A stretch of 47,902 nucleotides of DNA, taken from Fistulifera solaris. Lineage: Eukaryota. Position numbers and translations under genes: made by a program. Of the stretch, positions 12,145 to 24,227 are shown piece after piece. The DNA is taken from positions 744,001 to 791,902 of the forward strand of contig AP026147.1 of the NCBI GenBank assembly GCA_030295235.1, written 5' to 3'. The notes under the pieces were generated by a model, which saw only the letters and a program-made list of their open reading frames with translations, did no database searches and was not told where the DNA came from. Positions within the stretch are counted from its first letter, which is position 1. Each line of letters begins with the position of its first letter.

Positions 12145-12710
12145 TTATTTGCTGACCATGGATCGAATCATGTCAGCCGAAAGCGCGCCGTACGTTTCTT
12201 TCCAAGCTTCTTCGGTTGCATCGGTGAACTCATCGCCGAGAACATCACGTAGCATGTAAATCAGTGCGTCTCCCATGATGGGGAACATGTCGGGTTTGAC
12301 ACCGTAAGATACGTGCTTCTTTCCGAGCTCGGTCATGATATCGGTGAGGAGCTCAATATCGGGCCCAAGCATATTCAAGGCGGTATCGATCATTTCTAAT
12401 AAGTATACAGCATGTGCGAGAAAGCGCTTGGAGTTAAGAAGCTCGGGCGAGTCGACGTCGATGTCAATTGGGAATCCGAAAAGAGTCTTGGATTGAGGGC
12501 ACTTGTCAAAGAGACTGTCAAATCGAATAAAAAACGCATTTATGAGTGATATGCATGACTTTGAGCAGTCGCTCACATGAAAAGCAGAGCGAGTCCTTAC
12601 CGACGAAAGAGTTTGGAGCCAGCGACCGTTTCGTAATTCTTCGTGCGTTTCATCGACTCCCAAGATTCCATGACATGGGTGATGGTAGTGTAATTCAGTT
12701 CTTTGACCAT
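12145..12710 (-). CDS. Single-domain 3/3 globin (neuroglobin-like); exons 12710-12601 and 12514-12145
   Basis: The spliced product MVKELNY..VMESWE..AGSKLFRRLFDKCPQSKTLF..FLAHA..LGKKHVSYGV..F..MGDAL..AWKETY has CD1 Phe, E7 His and F8 His. The intron is GTAAGG...TTGACAG, 86 nt. Confidence 0.92.
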
Positions 12711-14147
12711 GGTTCGTTTGATGATTTGATACAGTAATAGAAAGGTAGGTCAGATTAGCTGGCCGGTTTGTGTGATTATGAAAGGAAAGACTTGCGAAAT
12801 CAAAGAGATGGAAAAAATTGAAGCTTTTTACCCTCAACATGCGCAAAGGTAAAGAAGGCAAAACGAACGGTTCGTGGGACATTTTCCAACCGAAGCAGAG
12901 TTTCATGGGCCATTCGAAATAAGACCAATTTTATCCTCCCATTGAAGAAATCCTTTTGCTATAAGATAAAGAGTAGATTTTGAAGTTCTTTCGTAACCGG
13001 TTAGAAGAAAAGAACCCTAAAGAACGCTTGACTTTTTCGGAAAAGGCCCAAGCATAATACGAAATTATGACTCGGCACGTTTTACTTTATAGTCCAGATT
13101 CACATTCCTCCTATCAAGAATCGCGACATGCAACGCTGCCACCTTTAGAATCACATTTACGTCGACGACACATTATACTCAGGATTAGAATTCTCGGTTC
13201 TGCAAAGCGAAGTCTATATTTTATACATGCGCCGTATTGCCACATTGAGCCAAATGGCACAACGACTTGGGCAAAAAACATTAAACATCTGCAATTCCTT
13301 CTCTGATTTCTCCTTTTTATAGAGTAAGGAATGCTGCACGAAACTGCAAGCAGACTTTAGAAGCAGACATCGCGATCTAGAAAATGAACTCAGAATTGGG
13401 CTGTTGGGAAGATTCCAGGTTGGACGTAGGACGTAGCACGGCTTCGAGCGGGACTTGGGCTTCTGCTCTCTAGACTCTCTAAGCAATGGATATACTTCGC
13501 TTCCCTCATGGCATTTGTCAAGGACCATAAAAATTGGGTCGAGCCTTAAAACAATATTTTTTCAATGAAGAGAAGACTTTGTCGAATTATTAAGCGTACA
13601 TCTCTAAAGGTTCTCACTTTTACGTCGACTTTTCATTCAATCTAATTCTCCTGCTCTGCTCCAGAAATTGGCCTTCTCGCTCTTTTCCTTACTGATGTTG
13701 CACCTTGCAAAATATAACGTAGAAGAGGCTCTTTCGTTGTATGAAGCGCTTCCAATCTGATAGCACCGTCTGAGTGTTAAAGTCGCACCTCTCTAGATCT
13801 GTATCGGTATAGAGAAAGATGAGTGAGTTAGTTGTTATCGTGCTGTTACTTTTCCGTTGGCTTTTTCTGTTCATGAGTCGGGTGATGCGCACGACATGAT
13901 TATAACGGCGTTTTAACTTCACCTCGCCTTTGAAATCCGTCTTCTACTCAAGAAAATCGCAAACTCAACGACTGATTTCGATTGATTTCATTCAGTCCAC
14001 TTTTTCCCTCCACTTTTCCAACCAACTTCTTGCTGTTGACGACTGTTCTCAACTTCTTAATGCATCGTATTTAAGAACATAATATAGCCAAGAGCGTCAG
14101 GTGCAGCCACAGTATATTTTTCCAACCTCCATTCAAGATCAATAATT

Positions 14148-14447
14148 ATGGCTACCTTAACGCGTTATCCTATGCATGTTCAATTCCGTGATAAGGTGGA
14201 ATGCCTCCATTTTCGCATTTCTGACCAACCCGATAACTTTTTGAAAGCACATTTCGAGCCTTTGAACGACACGATATCACCAAAAAACAAGAAAAGAAGA
14301 AAAAAGTCATGGTCCAGTCAGTCTGTTGCATCACCAAAGCGGTTGTTTTCCCTGTCGATCTCGCTCGTTACTTTTAAACGAAGCAACAAGTCTCTGCGAA
14401 CAAGTTGCACTTTACAAACGAGCCGCAAACGCGACATTTCTGCTTGA
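14148..14447 (+). CDS. Small hypothetical basic protein
   Basis: ATG-started 99-aa ORF with VQF..VE and KKRRKK. No recognisable family. Confidence 0.25.
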   Translation: MATLTRYPMHVQFRDKVECLHFRISDQPDNFLKAHFEPLNDTISPKNKKRRKKSWSSQSVASPKRLFSLSISLVTFKRSNKSLRTSCTLQTSRKRDISA

Positions 14448-14699
14448 AGGTGTGAGTCAGTTGTGCGTCATGGCTGCCGTCGATGCAAAAGCACAGAATG
14501 ATTGAAGCCGCTCAATAAGCCCTTTCTGTCAACGATATCTGCATTGGCAATTTAACTACTCTTAGACAAACTCCTTTCCAAGTGGCTGTTTCTCTATAAT
14601 TTGCTGATCCTAAATTTTTCTAAGAGTAATTTCTTCAGAGCCTTCTTTTTCTAGCTCTCTTTTTTGCAATTTGTTCAGTTCGCCTTCTTTGTTCGATTA

Positions 14700-16199
14700 T
14701 TAGAGCTCCGATGACAATCGTTCTCGTTTCAACTGAACCCTTTTCTTTTTCCTCCTTTTTGTATCGACAAATTCTTCATTGTTACTATCACTGCTATCGA
14801 AGATATCATCGTCGTCATCGTCGTCTTCACCTTGCCAAAGCTCATGTTCGGCTAGAGGTCCATCTTCTTCTTCGTCGTGCCATTTCCAATGATGCTTAAC
14901 TTTGCGTTTAGGTGATTTAACACAGCGAAACCCAATATGACCCGCCGTAGTGGTTCCATGTACCACTTCTCGTGCTCCTAGCGTTGCGGCATGATTGAAC
15001 GAACCATCCAGTGAATCGACATAACTGGCTCCACGAAGAATTCGTGCTTTGTGTTTTCCTCCCCGCATCCATTCCCATACGTTTCCTGTCATATCATAAA
15101 TACCCGCTGCGTTCGGAGGATAATACTTCACGGGCGATGTCCCTCGCCATCCATCCATAGCTTCGTTTTCAAAAGGAAATTGGTAGGGCCCCCACAAGTT
15201 GGCGTGTTTCGCCGCAATTTTCCACTCTTCCGTCCAGTTTAGTACCGGCACAACATGCTCTTCCGTATTATCGTTATCCGGATGTGGAACAAAGTCCCCA
15301 AGATGCGGCTCACCCCAAGCAAACATGGTCCGATTTTCGACATGACCTCGAGTGTGTCGCGCCGCCGCTTCCCATTCCCATTCACCTGGCAATCGTTTTC
15401 CCTGCCAATGACAGTACTCTGCGGCATCTTGATGACTCACATGAACGACTGGATGATGCTCTCTCATTTTGTAATTGGAGTTGGGTCCTTCCGGTTGACG
15501 CCAATAGGCACCCGGTACAACGACCCAATTGTCGGCGTGCGGATCGACTTCCATGTCTTGCGATTGTGTTTGATTCTCCGCATTTGCAGCGAACGACATC
15601 AAAACAAACGACCATCCGAACTTTTCTGCTTCTGTTTCATGATATGTAGCCTTGACAAATTTAGCGAATTGTTTGTTCGTAACAAGAGTCTCATCCATAA
15701 AGAAAGGATCGACACGGACCGCTCAGGGAGGCGTGACGCCTCCATCGAGTGGATGCGTCTCGACAAATCCGTGTGGTTTCGGAGTTACTTTTAACCCACG
15801 AGCTGCATCACGTTTGTGTCGTTCTAAAACGGGGTTCCGTTTCTCGGTGGGATGCGCTCGATCCGGAATATCATCCGGATGCAGTGGATGATGTTGCAGT
15901 TCTGCGTGCTCGATTTCTCGATGTGATGCGTCAAATGATGTACCGAAAATATAGCGTAACGAATTGTCAGTATGAAAACCGTGACGAGTGACTCCGTCGG
16001 AATGCATACGACCTAAATAAACCATGCCGGGGTACTCTTCGTCATTGGGATCGGGATGAGAAGAATCGGATGTTGCTTCCTTGTTACTGCTGCTGCTGTC
16101 ACCAGCGCTCCTGCTGTGCGTCAGCACCGCTAGAAGCAACAATGAGAAGAGTGGAAAAGAATGATATATTCGCCGTGTTCGTAACATGTTTTTTGACAT
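14700..16199 (-). CDS. SUMF2: FGE-sulfatase domain protein of SUMF2/pFGE type, with in-frame TGA at 15723-15725
   Basis: Signal peptide, PFFMDETLVTN.QF, HPVVHVS..DA..YC.W..KRLP.E.EWE.AAR, YDMTGNVWEW, LRGASYVDSLDGSFNH and GFRC, ending in SSEL. The two track ORFs are in the same frame, separated only by TGA. Confidence 0.8.
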
Positions 16200-16753
16200 T
16201 AAAATGACAAAACGACGAAAACTTTGAAAAAAAAAAACACGCGTCGAAAAAAACGCGATAGCGGAACAAGGCGACTATTACCGGTACGTCATTGTGTTTC
16301 TATAGAAGCAAGTGTATGCGACCTTTTATCACGACTGCATTTCAGTCATGAATAATGGATCAAGAATGTAGGTAAAGCTTACCAGACTCTATCTCTCTCT
16401 TTTGATTTGAGCTTATTAACTACATTTAAATGAAACCTAGAACATCATTTGACACGATTTGTTCACATTTCATGGATCCTCATTTTCCAAGGTCCAGAAA
16501 GCTCGAAAAAAGTGTGTTGAATGGAAAACCGATTACGAACGTAAGAACGTGTCGATGATTTCTGAGAGCTTTACTGTGTATAGCTGAGCTATACAATAAG
16601 AACCAAGGCCAGAATACGCAAATCTTATGAATTTCGGAATGAAATACGATGACTTGCTACTTATTTACAAGGTTACGATAAACTACCTAGCATCCACCGC
16701 ACAAAATGGTTCATCTGCTTAGCGGAAAGATTGCGATGAGCTGACGCTACTTC

Positions 16754-17056
16754 TCAATCGCTGGGATTGCAAATGACCAAAGATAGGATTCGAGGAAAAG
16801 TCGTGACGCTGTTCTGCTCGTTCTGAACATCTTCTTTGTGTTCAGCTACCGCCTTCGAAAGCCAGTCGCTACCATCGTCCTCAACATTAACTTCGAGGGA
16901 CTTTGATGAGATCGAGAAACGTTTCAGTGATCGAAACGAACGTTTTAGCTTCTTTCGGAATGACAGGCGTTTTTGCGAATGTTCGGGTTGAGTCGGTGAT
17001 GTCGATGACACATCACAATTCGACGAATGGGAATTATTGAAGGATTGCTGGTTCAT
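16754..17056 (-). CDS. Small hypothetical Ser/Lys-rich protein
   Basis: About 100-aa ORF from ATG 17056, low complexity, no recognisable domain. Confidence 0.3.
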   Translation of the reverse strand: MNQQSFNNSHSSNCDVSSTSPTQPEHSQKRLSFRKKLKRSFRSLKRFSISSKSLEVNVEDDGSDWLSKAVAEHKEDVQNEQNSVTTFPRILSLVICNPSD

Positions 17057-18559
17057 GATGGCAAATATCGACGGGTCTTTGGTGACTGCTGAGTTGCTGT
17101 TCAATCTGGATCAGTTGAAGGGCTAAGATTTCATTGCCAAGCATGTTGAAATAATGAATTCTGATGATCATTATGAATGAAATCGAACGACAAAAGTTTT
17201 CTTGGGAATCTCCGTGAAGAATCATGATCCAGTGATGCACTTAAGGATTTATAGGATTGTCCGGATAAACTTGAACTATAGATGATAGTGTAGGTAAGTG
17301 TCGGAAGTCGGAAGCGGGTATTTTTGTTGTTCAGAAAACCTTTTCGCAATTATACGCCGTAAGGCCCATTCTTAACAGTAGGGATTTCGGGGTGGGACCG
17401 GGATTTTTAGGCCATTTCAAATGAGCGTCGACGGACAGACGAAAAAATTAGGCCAAAAACAAAACTCGGATGGACTGGGATATCCTAAAAAAAAATCCTA
17501 GTTTGCCGCGGGAAGGCGGGACGAACGTGTTTTATATTTTTTTATAATGAGATAAAGTACTTTGTTTGTCGCACAGATGCAATTAAAAATTTTCCCTCCA
17601 TTTTTTCCCTCCATTACCATCCTTCTCCGTCGACCACGTCGACAATTTGATCATTGCATGCAGCTATTCATTCAATCTTCAGCTCATTTTTCAACAAGCA
17701 AGCAAACATGAACGCTTCCTCCGACGCTCACGACGACAGTTACGAGTCTTCGCAAGCCTTGTTCAATCCGGTCCGACCCCCGAAATCCTTACTGTTAAGA
17801 ATCAGCCTAAGGTTAATTACAAAATAGCTGCTCTCTTTAGCAGCTCAGGTGTGAAAAAAATACAAATACTGCCATGTTTTGGCCTTATCGACTATCACTT
17901 GCTTTCAGAACATTTTGGTCGATCTCATGCCGTTGAAAAAACGAGATACTCCGTAGTCGGCCACAAGGGAGGAACCGTGCCTTAGAATTGAGTCACAACT
18001 TGCTCTTTTTTTTTAGCTAGTCTAAATGCATCAATCCTTGTTGACAATTGCAGCATCGATTTCATGATGTCGATAAACCGTGGGATATTTGACTTCCTTA
18101 CGTACTATAGATGCAAATTATTGGCTCAACTTTTTCATGACTGGATTTCAGTCATGAATGTTGATGATTCCTTTGAGCGACACTGCTACAACCAAATCTT
18201 CGTTACTTTCGTGAAACGGTCAAACCACATCAAACCCATTATTTTGCAAAGATTTTTGTACTCCGTACTGTAGCATTTTTGACATTCATCTGAGATTTGG
18301 ATTAGACATCGGGTGGGCCGGGTAAGGGGAATGTATCCTTAACCGTAAACCTTATTGACGGGCCCTTTTCTCGTTCTGCGCGGGAAAGCCACACCCTCTA
18401 CATTGTGAGTCACTGTGACCCATCTTCGTTGGCGCGCCGGCATACCTGCGTGTTTGCGCCATGGATTTTGCACCGACGCAAAATAAGTGCATCCACCATG
18501 GCGATTGAATGGAAGTAATTGCACATGAAATAAAGTAGCTGGTGAAGGAGGCTTCAACA

Positions 18560-21500
18560 ATGGACGAGAATGCTTCTATAAACTCTTCGAAGGACCCTTT
18601 CGGATTGCTGCGACGGCCTACGCGTGTCAACGTTACATCCGAACGGTCGTCGTTACTTTCTACATCTCAAAATCCTTTGCCTCCTCTTGCGCCGCCGCCG
18701 CCTCTTTTGCTGTCATCGCCCCCGCGTTTACCTCAGACACGGAAATCTTCTCTTCAAAGACATGTAATGGTATCTCCTAATGTACAGAAAGATACGGCGA
18801 AACGAAGACAAACCGAAGAAACGGCTTTTACGAGTCTTTTCACGTCACACACAACAATACCGCAACGCCCAACTTTGAATGGCTCTTTACCGCAGCAAAT
18901 CAATTCTCCGCAGAATTCGGCCGCTTTTTCGCAATTATCAGCAAGTCCTATTGAAGACGCCGATCCGGAAGATAATATACAGGAGGAAGAGGAAGAACAG
19001 CAACAGCAATGGACCCAACAAAAGCCGAATCCTACGCATACTTCACCTCCTCGACGCCCTTCAACGTCATTGCCCTTTCAACAACCGCGACAGCGACTTT
19101 CGTCTTCCGTACATCACGAAGATGCAGTACGAACGGCGCTAGAGCAAGCTATTCAAGCAGCACGGGACGAGGAAGCAGAGCAGTGGCAGCTGCATCTAGA
19201 GCAAGAACGAAAGAATTGGTTGGAGTCTCTGCAACAGCGAGAGCGAGAGTTGCAAGAATACTACACGAACTGGCACAACGAATTAGATCAGCAAGTGACC
19301 CGTTTAAATGAGCAGCAACAGGATATTCAGCAGCAACAGGATGAGCTGCGACAAGAGAAAGAAGCCTGGGTATCGGAGTGGACCCGTCGTGAGGAACAAA
19401 TCAAAGAACTAAGTGACCAAGCTGAAGAAAAACGAAAAAGAGAAGAGGATCTGCTTCAGGGTGCATTGAATAAACGCCAAAATGCCATGGAACGCGCTAC
19501 TTTGCTCGAACAATCGTGCGAACAGGTTCAAGAAGTGCTGGATATGAAAATGAGAGAAGGTCGACAGGCTTACGAAGAACTACTGGTGCAACTGGATGAG
19601 AAGGAATCCGAGCTGCTCTCTGTCAAAGGTCGTATTCAAACTTTCATCACGGAAGATCGCAATGCTACACAGGCAGCGGCGGAACGCCAAATGTTGGCAT
19701 CCGCACAATTGGATGAAACACAACATCGCATCACGGAAGCGCAAAACAAACTAGGAACACTAAATGAGACCGTCCGAGTGCAACAAGAAAGACTTTTAGA
19801 TTTGCAACAGCGATGCCGTGATGAACAAGCCAGGGCAGAAACAACGAAGCAAGAACACAATGTATCGTTGACTAGAGCGCAGCAACGACTCGAAGCGATG
19901 AATGCCGAAATGACAGATCGATGTCGTAAAGTTCAGGACGAGTTAGAGCAACGTCTACAAATTCTTCAAGTGAAAGAAGAGAAGCTATTGACATTGAAAC
20001 GCGAGAGTGCACAAGGACTAGATGACTGGCGTCAGCAGAACGAACAACTATCGCGAGCACGTGCGGAACATGAATCTCGCTTGCGTGAGTGGGATCGCAT
20101 GGAGGAGAGGCACAAAGAGCGAGAAGAAGCGTCGCAACAACAGTCTCGCAAAATTGAGATGTTGCTACGAGACACACAGGCTGAGCTACATCGATCGCAA
20201 GAACAACTTGAATTTGCCAGAAATGAGCAAGACTCTCTTCAGAAAGAGCTTCTAGCATTGAAACGGTCAAGCAAAGACGAAAAAAATCAAGTGGGCCGCC
20301 GAAAAATCGGGTTTGTTGGAGCAGTTAGAGACAACGCAGAAGCAGTTGGAACGGTCGGCTAGCCAGGCTAAGCAATCGGAAGAGGCTATCCAAAAGTTGC
20401 AGAAACAGCGCCAGTCGGCTGACGAGGACAGGCGCCTGATGGATGATTTGCTGAGCAAGATGGAAGAAAATTCCGCATCTTTAGAGAGAAAGCTACAAAA
20501 TGTTCAGTCAGAAAGGACAAAGCTGGTTGCTATTCAAGGGGAGTACGGAGTCCGCATGTCGGCTGTCGAAGTTTTGGTAAGTTCATTACATCAGTATCCG
20601 TGGACACAAGTCGCGGTTGTAGATTCACTAATGATTCGATTTTTGTCTATACGTTAGGAACGAAGTGTCTCTGACGAGAGAGATCGCTTCATGAAAGAAA
20701 AAGAACAGCTGCAGGATTCATGCCGGCAACATCAGCTCGCGGTATTACAGTCTGTTTTGCGACAGCCATGGAGAGAAGAACAAGAAGAACTAAGTGCGGC
20801 ATTTTCGAAATGGGTTCGCGTTGCTTTGTTTGATAACGAACAGGAAGAATTTGAAATAGACCGTCAAAAGTTTCATAATATAATTGAGCGATTACAGCAA
20901 GAGCTCCAAGTCAGCCAACAGCGCCGTCGACAGGAACAGGACATGATGCAAGAGCAGTTCAAACAGTTGGAGGAATCTTTGAGAGAGTCCAATCGGAAGC
21001 AAGCAGAATGGAACCAGGAAGAAAAGACATTGCGGGTTAGAATGGAAACGGCGCACAACCAAGCAGTCAAGCTCAAAGAAGAAAACGCTGTGTTGCTTGA
21101 AAAGCTATCAAAGCTTCAACAGGAAATCTTGCGTGTACAGAAGGAGAACAGTTTGGATACTGCGGAGTTGGAACAAAAGGTTCGCCAGCTGGAGTGTGGA
21201 CAGGATGACATTTTCAAAGAAAAAGAAAAGCTTGCAAGTCGTTCGAAAGGAGTTGGAGATGCTTAAAAAGAACTCGAAAATGTCGATGCTGAGAAGCAAC
21301 GGTTGGTCGAAGCGAATGCCCTTTTAGAACAGAAACTAAGCACTTTTGACTCGGATAACGTCATCCAGGAGAAGCTCTTGCGCTCTGAACCGATGCGCGA
21401 TGATATCGAATTGAAAATGATGCAGCACACAACCAAAATATCTGAGCTTGAGAATGAAATCATCGATCTACGATTAGAAAGGGATACGTTGAAGGAACAA

Positions 21501-21929
21501 CTGAGAGCTTCTACATGTGACTTTACATCAAGCTTTGCCGGCCAATTCCAAAAAGAGTCTAACGCTCGAGTAGCTGAACTTGCAGAGTCCTTAAGCGAAC
21601 GAGAACGCCTTCTGTCTGATCGTGAACGAGACTCGGTTATGCAGATGGAAGCGACACAAAATCGACTGAGACTACTTGCCGAAAAGCTCCGCGAGAAAGA
21701 CCAAGAGCTCGAAAAGCGCGAAAAGCAAATCAAAATGGACATGGAAAAAGGCGAGCTAGCTAACAAAAAGGTTCTGGAACTTGCACAAACGTTGAAGCAG
21801 CAGGCAGCAGACCTTGACCGCGACCGTCAAATTCTAGAGAATCGGATACAAAGTTGTGACTCTTTAGAGAAACAGCTGAATGTTTGGCAGCAACAGTTGG
21901 AAAACACCATTTCCTTGAAGAAAGTTTAG
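18560..21929 (+). CDS. Large coiled-coil protein (~1090 aa) with Pro/Ser-rich disordered N-terminus; intron 20577-20657; frameshifts near 20283 and a compensating pair near 21237/21267
   Basis: Continuous E/Q/K/R/L heptad-rich ORF pieces. A phase-0 81-nt GTAAGT...TTAG intron joins the 20313 and 20691 frames. Confidence 0.75.
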
Positions 21930-22767
21930 TTGCCTTGAGTAGCGGGATATTCTGTGCCACGAGTCGTCTAACAGCAACATTTGGAAGAGTGTAAATTGCG
22001 TAACACTGTCGGTGTCTTTAGCTGTCGATAAAATAGATACGCTGATGGTTATTGCGCAATGCGTCAGCTAGAGTCTAACAATGATAGAATGGACTGCCAG
22101 CTGCCTCTCTAGCCTATCGTCTCTCTTTAGCTAAAAGCTATACGGAGTAGATGATTGTTTAGAGTTCGGAGGAACAACCGTCATCCATCGTCCAAAAAGA
22201 AGAGGGTCATAGACCAGAGATGAGTCACGGAGAAACAATAGGGAGTACAGTGTACATTAGTAGATTTTGGTCATGGTCATCGGCCATCAGTCATTATACC
22301 ATAAAGCATAAGTCAGAAAGAAGTCCTCACTACTCAGATACTCCGTGAAAATTCAACCATCAAATCTCATACTCCGCCTAAACGTATCACAAATCACAAC
22401 CCAAATAACGACAATGCGAAATCCACAAGCTACGACTACAGAGAGCGCACCATTACGCATCAAATCTTCTCACTTCTGGTCGTTCCATTAAAAAAGAAAA
22501 GGTTTCTCGTAGGTCTCGCTAGCGCAAAGTACAGTTGGTGACGCCTTTTGATGCCGTTTCGCCATCCGAAGAGCCCAAGACGTCCGGCGACAAGATGTGA
22601 GACGAGACAAGCGCAAAATGGCAAGTAAAAAAAGCTATTAAAGATACTGTTCTAACCGATTGTTGCACTAACGGATGTATTGGAAGGACGGATAACCGAA
22701 AATATAACGAGAAAGCAAGGCAGAGATTGCTTGATCATGCTGACCTATATGGTTATTTAAGGGTATC

Positions 22768-23343
22768 TTAATCGTCAAGAATGGCGTTGGCTTTGCATTC
22801 GGAGCCCTTCAACGATTCCATACATGCACTGCTGAGCTCTACTTTGAGATGCGAGCTGATAATATCTTCGAGAACTCCAACGCAAGCGATTTCCAAGGAA
22901 GACGCAACAACTGATGTTGACACGTCCGCATCCGCTGCGAGAGGAGAAAGACGTCGGCAATATCCGCACCTGCAGCAGTTGAAAACATACCTGCACTGAT
23001 AGTCACTGTATGAACATACAAAGGCGCAGGTCGGGCCACAGAGTTCGCGTCCTTTCTCGTTAGATTCCGGACGGAGAGCTTCTTCACCATCGGAAAGTTG
23101 ATGCAAGTTGCGTCGATCCTCATCATCTCCTAAGTCCCATTCGGCGCCGCCTCCGAGAACGGAAAGCCCTTTCATCACGGCAGCCAGGGCAGGAACCATA
23201 ACTTCGCTGATAGCAGCACCCTCTTCAGAGGTGCACGTTCCAGGGGCATCGTTGGTGTTAAACCAGGCCACCGACATATCCATTCTGACAGCAGTGCTCA
23301 ATGCGGGCAACAAGAATGTTAGTAGAAAAGAGAGAGAAACCAT
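22768..23343 (-). CDS. Secreted cysteine-rich protein with RxL motifs (191 aa)
   Basis: Signal peptide MVSLSFLLTFLLPALSTA. RRNL, GREL and CRRL motifs flank an 8-Cys segment. The ORF is intact. Confidence 0.75.
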   Translation of the reverse strand: MVSLSFLLTFLLPALSTAVRMDMSVAWFNTNDAPGTCTSEEGAAISEVMVPALAAVMKGLSVLGGGAEWDLGDDEDRRNLHQLSDGEEALRPESNEKGRELCGPTCAFVCSYSDYQCRYVFNCCRCGYCRRLSPLAADADVSTSVVASSLEIACVGVLEDIISSHLKVELSSACMESLKGSECKANAILDD

Positions 23344-24227
23344 GTTTATCTTCGATTGTAAGCGGATATCTGATTTGAAGGAATTGCTTTTAGCAAAGAA
23401 TCTGGATTGTGGGAGGAGATCATCGGAGTCGGGAAGTTTGCAAATTGCATCTCGCACTTCGGCCTTCGGAGTCGGACCTTGAACAAACGAGAGTTTTGTT
23501 AAGCACGTTTCACAATGCGCTGCACGAGTTCGTCAGAATCAACGGGGCTGAGAGTTTAGGAAGCGCAGCGCGTGCGATGGCAAAAGTGTGATAGGTGTTA
23601 TGTCGCTTTGATCGAATCTTTCCAAATCTTTGACACAAATCATGAGCACAAAAGAACAAGTGAGAACAGAGCGATAAGTTCTTATGGTGTCCGGTTTCGG
23701 TAGTGTTTCGTTCCAACGCGATAAGCTGCGAAGTCGAAGGTATCAGTGATTTGCGAATCAATAATTGAGCGCGCGTGCGTCATGCGTCTCACGTCAGGAG
23801 TCCTTAGTAATTGTTGACTCAGCATTATGTGCTAAGAGCAGAGGCACAACTGCGTATTATTTATGCCTGCATTAAGCCCATGGTCAACACGATATTCGAA
23901 ACTCAAAGCATACTGTAGACGAAAGGGGAAATGGTTCAGAATTTAGAACAAACGGATAAGTTGACACGTGATGATTCGTGACTCAGAGTCAGTCAGGTTA
24001 CAACTATGGAGACGAAGAGCTAGCTGGGCTTGGTAAGTGGTTTGAGCAATCAATAAAACCGTACAAAACGTCATCAAGGCAATGATCGTCCGGTAATAAG
24101 TTCGCAGTAGCGCACAAGCAACCCCGCATTGTGTAAGCTCTAACGTTGCTATGATACGCTATGGTACACTTCTTTGTCATACCTAATCCTTATCTAAAAA
24201 GGCCAACTAGAGCTGACTTTTAAAAAT

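Noticed and set aside
12711..12906. N-terminal part of the 253-aa globin ORF call
   Set aside because: It reads through the intron and upstream DNA. The true first exon is in another frame, starting at ATG 12710.
13067..14070. Short ORFs between the globin and SUMF2-like genes
   Set aside because: Stops occur in all frames tried and no family is recognisable.
17590..17615. 13-bp tandem duplication TTTTCCCTCCATT x2
   Set aside because: Low complexity, consistent with simple slippage.
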